Below are positions 49,236 through 61,465 of a stretch of 64,000 nucleotides of DNA, one piece after another; the first letter of the stretch is position 1, and every line of letters begins with the position of its first letter. A model generated the notes under the pieces. The model ran no database searches, was not told the origin of the DNA, and saw nothing but the letters and a program-made list of their open reading frames with translations. The DNA comes from Squalus acanthias. Taxonomy: Eukaryota. Made by a program: the position numbers and the translations under genes. The stretch spans positions 116,624,001 through 116,688,000 of the forward strand of contig CM059431.1 of assembly GCA_030390025.1 (NCBI GenBank), given 5' to 3'.

Positions 49236-52172
49236 ATGCAGTCAGAAACAAATGTTAGAAGGGTGAGAAACAATAAGGGAAATCCGAGTAAACAAAGGCA
49301 AGAAACACAAAGGGCCATACTAAATCATAAGTCTAAAAGGACAAAGGGTGTTAATAAAACAAGCCTAAAGGCTCTGTGTCTTAATGCAAGGAGTATCCGT
49401 AATAAGGTGGATGAATTGACTGTGCAAATTGATGTTAACGGATATGATGTGATTGGGATTACAGAGACGTGGCTCCAGAACAATCAAGGCTGGGAACTGA
49501 ATATCCAGGGGTATTCAACATTCAGGAAGGATAGAATAAAAGGAAAAGGGGGTGGGGTAGCATTGCTGGTTAAAAAGGAGATTAATGCAATAGCTAGGAA
49601 GGACATCAGCTTGGAGGATGTGGAATCAATATGGGTTGAGCTGCAGAACACCAAAGGGCAGAAAACATTAGTGGGGGTTGTGTACAGACCTCCAAACAGT
49701 AGTAGTGAGGTGGGGGAGGGTATGAAACAGGAAATCAGAGGTGCATGCAAAAAAGGCGCAGCAGTTATCATGGGTGACTTTAATATGCATATAGATTGGG
49801 CTACTTAAACTGGAAGCAATATGGTGGAGGAGGATTTCCTGGAGTGTTTAAGGGATGGTTTCCTAAACCAATATGTTGAGGAACCAACTAGAGGGGAGGC
49901 CATCCTGGACTGGGTGTTGTGTAATGAGGAAGGACTAATCAGCAATCTTGTGGTGCGAGGCCCCTTGGGGAAGAGTGACCATAGTATGGTGGAGTTCTAC
50001 ATTAGGATGGAGAAGGAAACAGTTAATTCAGAGACCATGGTCCAGAACTTAAATAAGGGCAACTTTGAGGGTATGAGGCATGAATTGGCAAGGTTAGATT
50101 GGCAAGCGATATTTAAGGGGTTATCAGTGGAAGGGCAATGGCAGACATTTAGAGATCGCATGGAAGAACTACAGCAATTGTACATCCCTGTCTGGCGTAA
50201 AAATAAAAAAGGGAAGGTGGCTCAACCATGGCTAACAAGGGAAATCAGGGATAGTATTAAAAGCAAGGAAGTGGCATACAAATTGGCCAGAAATAGCAGC
50301 AAACCCGGGGACTGGGAGAACTTTAAAACTCAGCAGAGGAGGATGAAGGGTTTGATTAGAGCAGGGAAAATAAAATATGAAAGGAAGCTTGCGGAGAACA
50401 TTAAAATGGACTGCAAAAGCTTCTATAAATATGTAAAAAGAAAGAGGTTAGTAAAAACAAACGTAGGTCCCCTGCAGTCAGAAACAGGGGAAGTCATAAT
50501 GGGGAACAAAGAAATGGCAGATCAATTGAACAAGTACTTTGGTTCGGTGTTTACTGTGGAGGACACAAACAACCTTCCGGAAATAAAAGAGATCAAAGGA
50601 TCTGGTACGAGGGAGGAGCTGAGGGAAATCCTTATCAGTCGGGAAAAGGTGTTGGGGAAATTGATGGGACTGAAGGCTGATAAATCCCCAGGGCCTGATG
50701 GTCTGCATCCCAGAGTACTTAAGGAGGTGGCCTTGGAAAAAGTGGATGCATTGACGATCATTTTCCAACATTCCTTAGACTCTGGATCAGTTCCGAAGGA
50801 GTGGAGGGTGGCTAATGTAACCCCTCTTTTTAAAAAAGGAGGGAGGGAGAAAGCAGGGAATTATAGACTGGTCAGCCTGACATTGGTGGTGGGTAAAATG
50901 ATGGAATCAATTATTAAAGATGTAATAACAGACCATTTGGAAAGTGGCGACATGATAGGTCCAAGTCAGCATGGATTTGTGATAGGGAAATCATGCTTGA
51001 CAAATCTTCTGGAATTTTTTGAGGATGTTTCCAATAGGGTGGACGGGGGGGAACCAGTAGATGTGGTGTATTTGGATTTTCAGAAGGCCTTCGACAAGGT
51101 CCCACACAAGAGATTGGTGTGCAAAGTTAAAGCACATGGGATTGGGGGTAATGTGTTGACGTGGATTGAGAACTGGTTGGCACACAGGAAACAAAGAGTA
51201 GGAGTAAATGGGTACTTTTCAGAATGGCAGGCAGTGACCAGCGGGGTACCGCAGGGTTCGGTGCTGGGGCCCCAGCTGTTTACATTATATATTAATGATT
51301 TGGACGAAGGGATTAATTGTAATATCTCCAAATTTGCGGATGACACTAAATTGGGAGGAAGTGTGAACAATGAGGAGGATGCTAGGAGGCTACAGAGTGA
51401 CATGGACAGGTTGGGTGAATGGGCAAATGTATGGCAGATGAAGTACAATGTGGATAAATGTGAGGTTATCCACTTTGGTGGTAAAAATAGGGAGGCAGAC
51501 TATTACCTGAATGGTGGCAGATTAGGGAAAGGGGAGGTGCAACGAGACCTGGGCGTCATGGTACATCAGTCACTGAAGGTGGGAAGGCAAGTGCAGCAGG
51601 CAGTCAAGAAAGCAAATGGCATGATGGCCTTCATAGCAAGGGGATTTGCGTACAGGAGTAGGGAGGTGATGCTACAGTTGTACAGGGCCTTGGTGAGGCC
51701 ACACCTGGAGTATTGTGTGCAGTTTTGGTCTCCTAACTTGAGGAAGGACATTCTTGCTATTGAGGGAGTGCAACGAAGGTTCACTAGATTGATTCCTGGG
51801 ATGGCCAGACTGACATATCAAGAAAGACTGGATCAACTGAACTTGTATCCTCTGGAGTTCAGAAGAATGAGGGGGGATCTTATAGAGACGTTTAAAATCC
51901 TGACTGGTTTAGACAAATTAGATGCGGGCAGAATGTTTCCAATGTTAGGGAAAACTAAAACCAGGGGTCACAGTCTAAGGATAAAGGGGAAGCCATTTAA
52001 GACTGAGATGAGGAGGAACTTCTTCACCCAGAGAGTGGTGAATCTGTGGAATTCTCTACCACAGAAGGTTGTTGAGGCCAGTTCGCTAAATATATTCAAA
52101 AGGGAGTTAGATATAATACTCACAACTAGGGGGATCAAGGGGTATGGCGAGAAAGCAGGAATGGGGTACTGA
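49236..52172 (+). pseudogene. CR1 ORF2p (APE endonuclease + RT) with a single in-frame stop at 49806-49808
   Basis: ORFs 49236-49808 and 49821-52172 share a frame; ITETWL, GDFN, SDH, GVPQGSVLGP, FADD. Confidence 0.93.
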
Positions 52173-53899
52173 GGTAACATGTTCAGCCATTAACTCATTG
52201 AATGGCGGTGCAGGCTCGAAGGACCGAATGGACTACTCCTGCACCTATTTTCTATGTTTCTATGTTTCTATTTCCTCTGCCCACCTGGGGCTCTCTTGCC
52301 ATCTCGGAGCTCCGAGTAGAGCGCTTGTTTTGGGAGTCTCGTATCAGGCATGCGGATGATGTGGCCTGTCCATCGGAGCTGATCGAGCGTGGTCAAAGCT
52401 TCGCTGCTGGGGATTTTGGCCTGAGCGAGAACGTTGGTGCGCCTATCCTGCCAATGGATTTGTAGGATCTTGTGGAGGCAGCGTTGGTGGTACCTCTCCT
52501 GTGCTTTGAGGTGCCTGCTGTACATGGTCCATGTGTCTGAAGCATACAGAAGGGCAGGTATCACTAATGCTCTGTAGACTATGAGCTTGGTGCTGGGTTT
52601 GAGGTCCTGGTCTTCAAACACTCTCTTCCTTAGGCGACCGAAGGCTGCACTGGCACACTGAAGGCGGTATTGGACTTCGTCATCGATGTCTGCCCTTGTT
52701 GACAGTAGACTCCCGAGGTATGGAAAGTGGTTCACGCTGTCCAAGGCCTCGTCATGGATTTTGATAATTGGAGAGCAGTACTGTGTGGTGGGGGCAGGTT
52801 GGTAGAGGACAAATATACAAGCATGGTTAACAGACAGAAAACAGAGAGTAGGAATAAACGGGTAATTTTCGGATTGGCAAGGATCAGTGCTTGGGCCACA
52901 GCTATTCACAATCTATCTCAATAATTTGGATGAGGGGACCAAATGTAACATATCCAAGTTTGCTGATGATAAAAAGCTAGGTGGGAATGTAAGTTGTAAG
53001 GAGGATGCAAAGAGGCTTCAAGGGGATATAGACAAGCTAATTGAGTGGGCAAGAACATGGCAAATGGAATATAATGTGGAGAAATGTGAAGTTATCCACT
53101 TTAGTAGGAAAAATAGAAAAGCAGAATATTTTTTAAATGGTGAGAGATTGGGAAATGTTGGTGTTCAGAGGGATCTGGGCATCCTTGTACACAAATCACT
53201 GAAAGTTAACATTCAGGTACAGCAAGCAAATAGGAAAGCAAATGGTATGTTGGCCTTTATTACAAGAGGATTTGAGTATAAGGCCCTGGTGAGACCACAC
53301 CTAGAGTATTGTGTACTCCTTACCTAAGGAAGGATATACTTGCCATAGAGGGAGTGCAACGAAGGTTCATCGGACTGATTCCTGAGATGGGGGGATTGTC
53401 CTATGAGGAGAGATTGAGTAGACTCGGCCTATATTCTCTAGAGTTTAGAAGAATGAGAGGTGATCTCATTAAAACATACAAAATTCTTACAGGGTTTGAC
53501 AGCGTAGATGCAGGGAGGATGTTTCCCCTGGCTGGGGAGTCTAGAACCAGGGGTCATAGTCTTAGAATAAAGGGAGATTTAGGACTGAGATGAGGAGAAA
53601 TTTCTTCACTCAGAGGGTGGTGAATCTTTGGAAATCTCTACCCCAGAGGGCTGTGGAGGCTCAGTCATTGAGTATATTCAAGACAGAGATCGATAGATTT
53701 GTGGATATTAAGGGAATCAAGGGATATGGGGATAGTGCAGGAAAGTGGAGTTGAGGTTGAAGATCAGCCATGATCTTATTGAATGGCGGAGCAGGCTCGA
53801 GGGGCCAAATCGCCTACTCCTGCTCCTATTTCTTATCTTATGTTCTTATGATGCTAATAGTGCAGTTGATAGGATCTGCCATTTATAGATGAACCCACT

Positions 53900-54144
53900 C
53901 AACTTGACAACTCGTGTCAGATCGTTAAACCTCTTCCTGCACTGCATCCATGTTCTTGGAGCAACACTCCTGGCATTGACCTCTGCACCGCTACTTGTTC
54001 CCACTGCCTCCTGAGCAGATATCTGGAGGGTCTGCTGCCCCCCTGTGGATATAGGCAGTCTTTCCTTCTTTCCATCTCTTGCACCAACACCTCCAGTTCA
54101 CTGCCAGAAAAACGTGCTGCTCACTCTTTTGCATGTTCAGCCAT
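53900..54144 (-). pseudogene. Harbinger Myb/SANT exon 1
   Basis: MAEHAKE*AARFSGSELEVLVQEMERRKDCLYP...RRQWEQVA / EVNARSVAPRTWMQCRKRFNDL. Confidence 0.8.
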
Positions 54145-55059
54145 CCCTCAAAATATCACAGCCCAGAATAATTTTCAAAAAAACTCCCACCATTTCTTGC
54201 AGCCACAATGTACCTACCCTTTAAGGGATGCAGGCTACCTTTAAGAAGTGCTAGCCACTCGCGATATTGACCCCCCCCTGCTGATGCGTGCAGCCAATGA
54301 AAAGCGCAGGGAACAGTGGCTGCACACAGAAATCATTTAAAACATTAGGCAGAGCCAATTTACCATGCTACCTGCAACACAATGAACAGGTGCGGGTTAT
54401 TCACGTACCGCCATCCCCATGCCCATTTTTGGGGGTTAACCCATTTAACCCCCATTGTTTGTTAAATTATAGAGATTTTATTAGCATTAATAGAATGCCA
54501 GCTAACTTTAACCCATGTTCCTAAATTTATCTCCTGGGAGTGCGCCATTGTAATATGCATTAATGCGCTAACCCAACAATTGTGAGCAGCAATTCATGGG
54601 AAATGTGCACATATAGTCAGTATTCAATGAATTTGCATATTGCATCAAGTTACTACAATTGAACCTAGCAGACAAGGAGGAGGGAGCAGACAGTGTTCGA
54701 GGGGTGCACAGATGAGGAGTAAGGCTGCAGGAGTATTTCAGCGAATGCAATAACATTGGTGTTAAAAAAGCCTCTGGTTAGTGAAGATTTTGCAGGAAGA
54801 GTGGCAGGAGAAGCAGAAGATCACAGGCCAGGTGTTTGAGGACACAGGAAGCAGACATTCAACATGTAAAGAGGCTGTACCTCAACAGGGAATGATCTCT
54901 GACCTGTTTCAGTTCCAAATTTGCAACTATGGAGCAATATCCAGCTGGCAATTTCAGTGGAAGGGAGACTGACCACCATACTTAAACTCAACACCAAAGG
55001 ATCTTTCCAAGCACCAGCAGGATATTTCACTTGGATCTGCCAGTAGATTATAGAAATAA

Positions 55060-55496
55060 AGGAGCTGACACTGAGCCATAGAATGAAAGAAGGGATCAAA
55101 AGCCTGTTTAAAACAATGGATTTAAAGAAGGTTTTCAAAGATTGAGAGAAATAGAAAGGTGGAAGAGTTCAGAGAGGGAGTTTTAGAAGCCTGGAAGCCT
55201 GAAGGCTCTGCCACCAATTATGGGACAAAGGGAGGAGTGGATGGTCAAAAGGCTAAGAGTTGGAGTACCAAATGCTGTGGGGCCAGACTTAAGGCTTGAA
55301 GAGGTTACACAGGTAGGGTGGGGCAAAGCCATGGAGTGATTTGAATATGAGCATGAAGAGCCAATGCAGGTCTGCAAGGATGGGAGTGACGAGCAAGTGA
55401 GACAGGATTCAGGAAGCTGAACATTAAACAAGTTGAAGTTTGTAGAGGGCGGAAATGGGGACTGGGAAGGAAGGCATTGGAGAATGCGAGTCTAGA
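55060..55496 (-). repeat. Old L2 fragment
   Basis: Minus-strand SRLAFSNAFL...IIGGRAF, similar to 14690-15060. Confidence 0.6.
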
Positions 55497-55522
55497 GGAA
55501 TAATAAGGGGAAAAAAACATTA

Positions 55523-58021
55523 GTGGGCGTAGTCTATAGGCCTCCGAACAGTTGCAACTCTATTGGACGGAGTATCAATCAGGAAATAGTTGAGGCATGT
55601 AATAAGGGAACATCTATAATTATGGGGGATTTTAACTATCATATTAATTGGACAAATCAAATGGGGCAGGGCTGCCTTGAGGATGAGTTCATTGAGTGTA
55701 TTAGGGATGGGTTTCTTGAGCAGTATGTAACTGAACCGACCAGGGGGCAAGCAACCTTAGATCTGGTCCTGTGTAACGAGACAGGATTAATTAAAAATGT
55801 CCTAGTAAAGGATCCCCTTGGAATGAGTGACCATAACATGGTTGAATTCCATATTCAATTAGAGGGTGAGAAGGTTGGATCTCAAACAAGCGTGCTAAGC
55901 TTGAATAAAGGAGACTATGAAGGTATGCGAGCGGAATTGAGTAGAGTGGATTGGGAAAATAGATTAAAGGGTAAGACGACACATGATCAGTGGTGTACAT
56001 TCAAGGAGTTATTTTACAACTTCCAAAAAAAATATATTCCACTGAAAAGAAAAGGGTGTAAAAGAAAGGACAGTCATCCGTGGCTAAGTAAAGAAATTAA
56101 GGATAGTATTCGACTAAAAACAAGGGCATATAAGGTAGCGAAATCTAGTGGGAGGACAGAGGATTGGGAAAACTTTAAAAGGCAGCAAAAAATAACAAAA
56201 AGATTGATTAAGAAAGGGAAGATAGATTATGAAAGTAAATTAGCAAAAAATATAAAAACAGATAGTAAGAGTTTTTATAGTTATATAAAAAGAAAAAGGG
56301 TGGCTAAAGTAAATGTTGGTCCCTTAGAGGATGAGACCGGGAAATTAATGGTGGGAAATATGGAGATGGCAAAAACACTGAATGAATATTTTGTATCAGT
56401 CTTTACAGTAGAGGAAACTAAGAATATCCCAACACTGGACAAACAGGGGGCTATAGGGGGAGAGGAGCTAAACACGATCAAAATCACTAAGGAAGTGGTA
56501 CTCGGTAAAATAATGGGACTCAAGGCGGATAAATCACCTGGACCTGATGGCTTACATCCTAGAGTCTTGAAGGAAGTGGCGGTAGGGATTGTAGATGCAT
56601 TGGTAATAATTTTTCAAAACTCCCTGGATTCCGCTAAGGTCCCGGCAGACTGGAAAACTGCTAATGTAACACCCTTATTTAAAAAGGGCAGTAGACAGAA
56701 GGCTGGTAACTATAGACTGGTTAGCCTAACATCTGTGGTAGGTAATATTTTGGAGTCCATTATTAAGGAAACAGTAACAGGACATTTGGATAATCATAAT
56801 TTAATAGGACAAAGTCAGCATGGTTTTACGAAGGGGAAGTCATGTTTGACAAATTTGCTGGAGTTCTTTGAGGAAGTAACATATAGAGTGGATAAAGGGG
56901 AACCAGTGGACGTAGTGTATTTAGACTTCCAAAAGGCATTTGACAAGGTGCCACACAAAAGATTATTGCTTAAGGTAAAAAATCACGGGATTGGGGGTAA
57001 TATTCTGGCATGGATAGAGGATTGGCTATCTAACAGAAAGCAAAGAGTTGGGATAAATGGTTCATTCTCAGACTGGCAATCAGTAACTAGTGGTGTTCCA
57101 CAGGGGTCAGTGCTGGGTCCCCAACTCTTCACAATCTATATTAACGATTTGGAGGAAGGGACCAAGTGTAACATATCAAAATTTGCAGATGATACAAAGA
57201 TGGGAGGGAAAGTAGTGAGTGAGGAGGACATAAAAAACCTGCAAGGGGACATAGACAGGCTAAGTAAGTGGGCAGAGATTTGGCAGATGGAATACAACAC
57301 TGGAAAGTGTGAGGTGATGCACTTTGGCAGGAAAAATCCTAGAGCAATTTATTATCTTAATGGCAAGAAACTGGAGAGTACTGAAGTGCAAAGGGATCTG
57401 GGGGTCCTGGTGCACGAAACTCAAAAGGTTAGTATGCAGGTGCAGCAAGTGATTAAGAAGGCAAATGGAATGTTGGCTTTCATTGCTAGGGGGATAGAAT
57501 ATAAAAATAGGGAGGTATTGCTTCAGTTGTACAAGGTATTGGTGAGACCGCACCTGGAATACTGCATACAGTTTTGGTGTCCTTACTTAAGGAAAGATAT
57601 CCTTGCTCTCGAGGCAGTGCAAAAAAGGTTCACTCGGTTAATCCCGGGGATGAGGGGGTGGTCATATGAGGAGAGGTTGGGTAGATTGGGACTCTACTCA
57701 TTGGAGTTCAGAAGAATGAGAGGCGATCTTATTGAAACATATAAGATTGTGAAGGGGTTGGATCGGGTGGATGCGGGGAGGATGTTCCCGATGACGGGTG
57801 AGACGAGAACTAGGGGACATAGTCTTAGAATAAGGGGCTGCTCTTTCAAAACTGAGATGAGGAGGAACTACTTCACTCAGAGGGTGGTAGGTCCATGGAA
57901 TATGCTGCCACAAAAAGCTGTAGAAGCTACAACATTAATTAAATTTAAAACAGAAATAGACAGTTTCCTGGAAGTAAAGGGCATTAAGGGTTACGGGGAG
58001 CGGGCAGGAATTTGGACATGA
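55523..58021 (+). CDS. CR1 ORF2 (5'-truncated, open over 832 aa)
   Basis: YRPP, GDFN, SDH, RT motifs, C-terminal TRGH; element spans ~55497-58257. Confidence 0.9.
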   Translation: MGVVYRPPNSCNSIGRSINQEIVEACNKGTSIIMGDFNYHINWTNQMGQGCLEDEFIECIRDGFLEQYVTEPTRGQATLDLVLCNETGLIKNVLVKDPLGMSDHNMVEFHIQLEGEKVGSQTSVLSLNKGDYEGMRAELSRVDWENRLKGKTTHDQWCTFKELFYNFQKKYIPLKRKGCKRKDSHPWLSKEIKDSIRLKTRAYKVAKSSGRTEDWENFKRQQKITKRLIKKGKIDYESKLAKNIKTDSKSFYSYIKRKRVAKVNVGPLEDETGKLMVGNMEMAKTLNEYFVSVFTVEETKNIPTLDKQGAIGGEELNTIKITKEVVLGKIMGLKADKSPGPDGLHPRVLKEVAVGIVDALVIIFQNSLDSAKVPADWKTANVTPLFKKGSRQKAGNYRLVSLTSVVGNILESIIKETVTGHLDNHNLIGQSQHGFTKGKSCLTNLLEFFEEVTYRVDKGEPVDVVYLDFQKAFDKVPHKRLLLKVKNHGIGGNILAWIEDWLSNRKQRVGINGSFSDWQSVTSGVPQGSVLGPQLFTIYINDLEEGTKCNISKFADDTKMGGKVVSEEDIKNLQGDIDRLSKWAEIWQMEYNTGKCEVMHFGRKNPRAIYYLNGKKLESTEVQRDLGVLVHETQKVSMQVQQVIKKANGMLAFIARGIEYKNREVLLQLYKVLVRPHLEYCIQFWCPYLRKDILALEAVQKRFTRLIPGMRGWSYEERLGRLGLYSLEFRRMRGDLIETYKIVKGLDRVDAGRMFPMTGETRTRGHSLRIRGCSFKTEMRRNYFTQRVVGPWNMLPQKAVEATTLIKFKTEIDSFLEVKGIKGYGERAGIWT

Positions 58022-58338
58022 GTCTAGGTTCGGATCGGTCATGGCCCTGTGGGTAGTGGAGCGGGCCCAGGGACTGTGTAGCCTGATTCTGCTCCTATTT
58101 CGTGTGTGCAATTCTGTTAGATGCAGGAGATGGTTCTGTGATAGATAGTAGATTGGCGGTTAGGATCAGATCAGCCATGATCTTATTGAATGGCGGAGCA
58201 GGCTCGAGGGGCCGATTGGCCTACTCCTGCTCCTATTTCTTATGTTCTTATGTTCTTAAAAGTATGAACAAGGATTTCAGTGGCAGTGGGGGTGAGGTAG
58301 GGGCCCAGGCAAGCAATATTCCAGAGATGGAAGTCACA

Positions 58339-58463
58339 GGGCTGGATTTTGATACTGGGGCGGGTTGGGGTCGTGTTATCCACCCGACTGCAATTGGATG
58401 TGGGAGATTGATGCAATTATCACCTAATTGGGCAATTGAATTCCAGCATGTGGGAACCCATGA
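58339..58463. repeat. Truncated end of MITE family A (repeated at 61783-61907)
   Basis: GGGCTGGATTTTGATACTGGGGCGGG... is the reverse complement of ~950-1090. Confidence 0.85.
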
Positions 58464-59647
58464 AGATTAAACTAACTAGTGGGGGGGAGGTTCCTAGAGA
58501 GCAAATAATAAAAATGACAACAGAGAAGGTCATAGTCTTAGGTAGCAGTGGGGAAATTAAAAACCAGAGTGTGTCAGGAAGGGGCAGAAGGTATGGAGTA
58601 AAAGGTAAAGTAATAAAAAGGGCAAAAGCAGGAACTAAGTGTCACAAAACATATTTGAAATTTCTCTATCTGAATGCATGTAGCATTCGTAACAAAATAG
58701 ACGAGTTAATGGCAGAAATAACTACATATGGGTATGATCTTGTGGCCATTACAGAAACATGGCTGCAGGGTGACAATGCCTGGGAATGAAACATACCAGG
58801 TTATTTAATGATCAGGAAGGACAGGCAGGAAGGAAGGGGAGGTGGGGTGGCTATGTTAATAAAGGAAGGAATCACTGTAATACAGAGAAATGATATTGGG
58901 TCAAAAGATCAGGATAATGAAACAGTTTGGGTGGAGATAAGGAATAATAAGGGGAAAAAAACACTAGTGGGCGTAGTCTATAGGCCTCCGAACAGTTGCA
59001 ACTCTGTTGGACGGAGTAGCAATCAGGAAATAGTTGAGGCTTGTAATAAGGGAACATTTATAATTATGGGGGATTTTAACTATCATATTAATTGGACAAA
59101 TCAAATTGGGCAGGGCTGCCTTGAGGATGAGTTCATTGAATGTATTAGGGATGGGTTTCTTGAGCAGTATGTAACTGAACCGACCGGGGGCAAGCAACCT
59201 TAGATCTGGTCCTGTGTAACGAGACAGGATTAATTAAAAATGTCCTAGTAAAGGATCCCCTTGGAATGAGTGACCATAACATGGTTGAATTCCATATTCA
59301 ATTAGAGGGTGAGAAGGTTGGATCTCAAACAAGCGTGCTAAGCTTGAATAAAGGAGACTATGAAGGTATGTGAGCGGAATTGAGTAGAGTGGATTGGGAA
59401 AATAGATTAAAGGGAAAGATGATACATGATCAGTGGTGTACATTTAAGGAGTTATTTTACAACTTCCAAAAAAATATATATTCCACTGAGAAGAAAAGGG
59501 TGTAAAAGAAAAGACAGTCATCCGTGGCTAAGTAAAGAAATTAAGGATAGTATTTGACTAAAAACAAGGGGCTCTAAGGTAGCCAAATCTAGTGGGAGGA
59601 TAGAGGATTGGGAAAACTTTAAAAGACAGCAAAAAATAACAAAAAGA

Positions 59648-61465
59648 TTGATTAAGAAAGGGAAGATAGATTATGAAAGTAAATTAGCAAAAAATATAAA
59701 AACAGATAGTAAGAGTTTTTATAGTTATATAAAAAGAAAAAGGGTGGCTAAAGTAAATGTTGGTCCCTTAGAGGATGAGACCGGGAAATTAATGGTGGGA
59801 AATATGGAGATGGCAAAAACACTGAATGAATATTTTGTATCAGTCTTTACAGTAGAGGAAACTAAGAATATCCCAACACTGGACAAACAGGGGGCTATAG
59901 GGGGAGAGGAGCTAAACACGATCAAAATCACTAAGGAAGTGGTACTCGGTAAAATAATGGGACTCAAGGCGGATAAATCACCTGGACCTGATGGCTTACA
60001 TCCTAGAGTCTTGAAGGAAGTGGCGGTAGGGATTGTAGATGCATTGGTAATAATTTTTCAAAACTCCCTGGATTCCGCTAAGGTCCCGGCAGACTGGAAA
60101 ACTGCTAATGTAACACCCTTATTTAAAAAGGGCAGTAGACAGAAGGCTGGTAACTATAGACTGGTTAGCCTAACATCTGTGGTAGGTAATATTTTGGAGT
60201 CCATTATTAAGGAAACAGTAACAGGACATTTGGATAATCATAATTTAATAGGACAAAGTCAGCATGGTTTTACGAAGGGGAAGTCATGTTTGACAAATTT
60301 GCTGGAGTTCTTTGAGGAAGTAACATATAGAGTGGATAAAGGGGAACCAGTGGACGTAGTGTATTTAGACTTCCAAAAGGCATTTGACAAGGTGCCACAC
60401 AAAAGATTATTGCTTAAGGTAAAAAATCACGGGATTGGGGGTAATATTCTGGCATGGATAGAGGATTGGCTATCTAACAGAAAGCAAAGAGTTGGGATAA
60501 ATGGTTCATTCTCAGACTGGCAATCAGTAACTAGTGGTGTTCCACAGGGGTCAGTGCTGGGTCCCCAACTCTTCACAATCTATATTAACGATTTGGAGGA
60601 AGGGACCAAGTGTAACATATCAAAATTTGCAGATGATACAAAGATGGGAGGGAAAGTAGTGAGTGAGGAGGACATAAAAAACCTGCAAGGGGACATAGAC
60701 AGGCTAAGTAAGTGGGCAGAGATTTGGCAGATGGAATACAACACTGGAAAGTGTGAGGTGATGCACTTTGGCAGGAAAAATCCTAGAGCAATTTATTATC
60801 TTAATGGCAAGAAACTGGAGAGTACTGAAGTGCAAAGGGATCTGGGGGTCCTGGTGCACGAAACTCAAAAGGTTAGTATGCAGGTGCAGCAAGTGATTAA
60901 GAAGGCAAATGGAATGTTGGCTTTCATTGCTAGGGGGATAGAATATAAAAATAGGGAGGTATTGCTTCAGTTGTACAAGGTATTGGTGAGACCGCACCTG
61001 GAATACTGCATACAGTTTTGGTGTCCTTACTTAAGGAAAGATATCCTTGCTCTCGAGGCAGTGCAAAAAAGGTTCACTCGGTTAATCCCGGGGATGAGGG
61101 GGTGGTCATATGAGGAGAGGTTGGGTAGATTGGGACTCTACTCATTGGAGTTCAGAAGAATGAGAGGCGATCTTATTGAAACATATAAGATTGTGAAGGG
61201 GTTGGATCGGGTGGATGCGGGGAGGATGTTCCCGATGACGGGTGAGACGAGAACTAGGGGACATAGTCTTAGAATAAGGGGCTGCTCTTTCAAAACTGAG
61301 ATGAGGAGGAACTACTTCACTCAGAGGGTGGTAGGTCCATGGAATATGCTGCCACAAAAAGCTGTAGAAGCTACAACATTAATTAAATTTAAAACAGAAA
61401 TAGACAGTTTCCTGGAAGTAAAGGGCATTAAGGGTTACGGGGAGCGGGCAGGAATTTGGACATGA
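59648..61465 (+). pseudogene. CR1 ORF2 RT portion, second unit (upstream part has stops/frameshifts)
   Basis: Peptide identical to last 605 aa of 55523-58021; upstream pieces 58436-58789, 58808-59203. Confidence 0.9.

Larger units (their letters stand above)
47780..52270 (+). mobile_element. Full-length CR1 LINE
   Basis: 5' UTR, ORF1, ORF2, 3' hairpin and (TTTCTATG)n tail. Confidence 0.95.
47441..52810 (-). mobile_element. RTE-clade LINE 3' portion (pieces 47441-47779 and 52271-52810)
   Basis: FPYLGS..ASAAFGRL..LLYASDTW..LRWTGHIIRM..RLPK..LY; GGQRK|RFKDTL split by CR1; (AAG)n tail at 47441. Confidence 0.88.
47130..53830 (+). mobile_element. 5'-truncated CR1 (pieces 47130-47440 and ~52811-53830)
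   Basis: KSCFTNLLEF..FNKVPHKRLL..HGIGG continues after 52811 as GPQLFTIY..KFADD; tail at 53820. Confidence 0.85.
43757..54453 (+). mobile_element. Formerly autonomous PIF/Harbinger transposon, expanded by nested LINEs at ~47130-53830
   Basis: TIRs GGGGGCTAAATTGGG / CCCATTTAACCCCC; convergent transposase and Myb genes. Confidence 0.75.

Noticed and set aside
50478..51784. Antisense ORFs over CR1 ORF2 (also across 55500-63400)
   Set aside because: Shadow frames of the LINE coding strand
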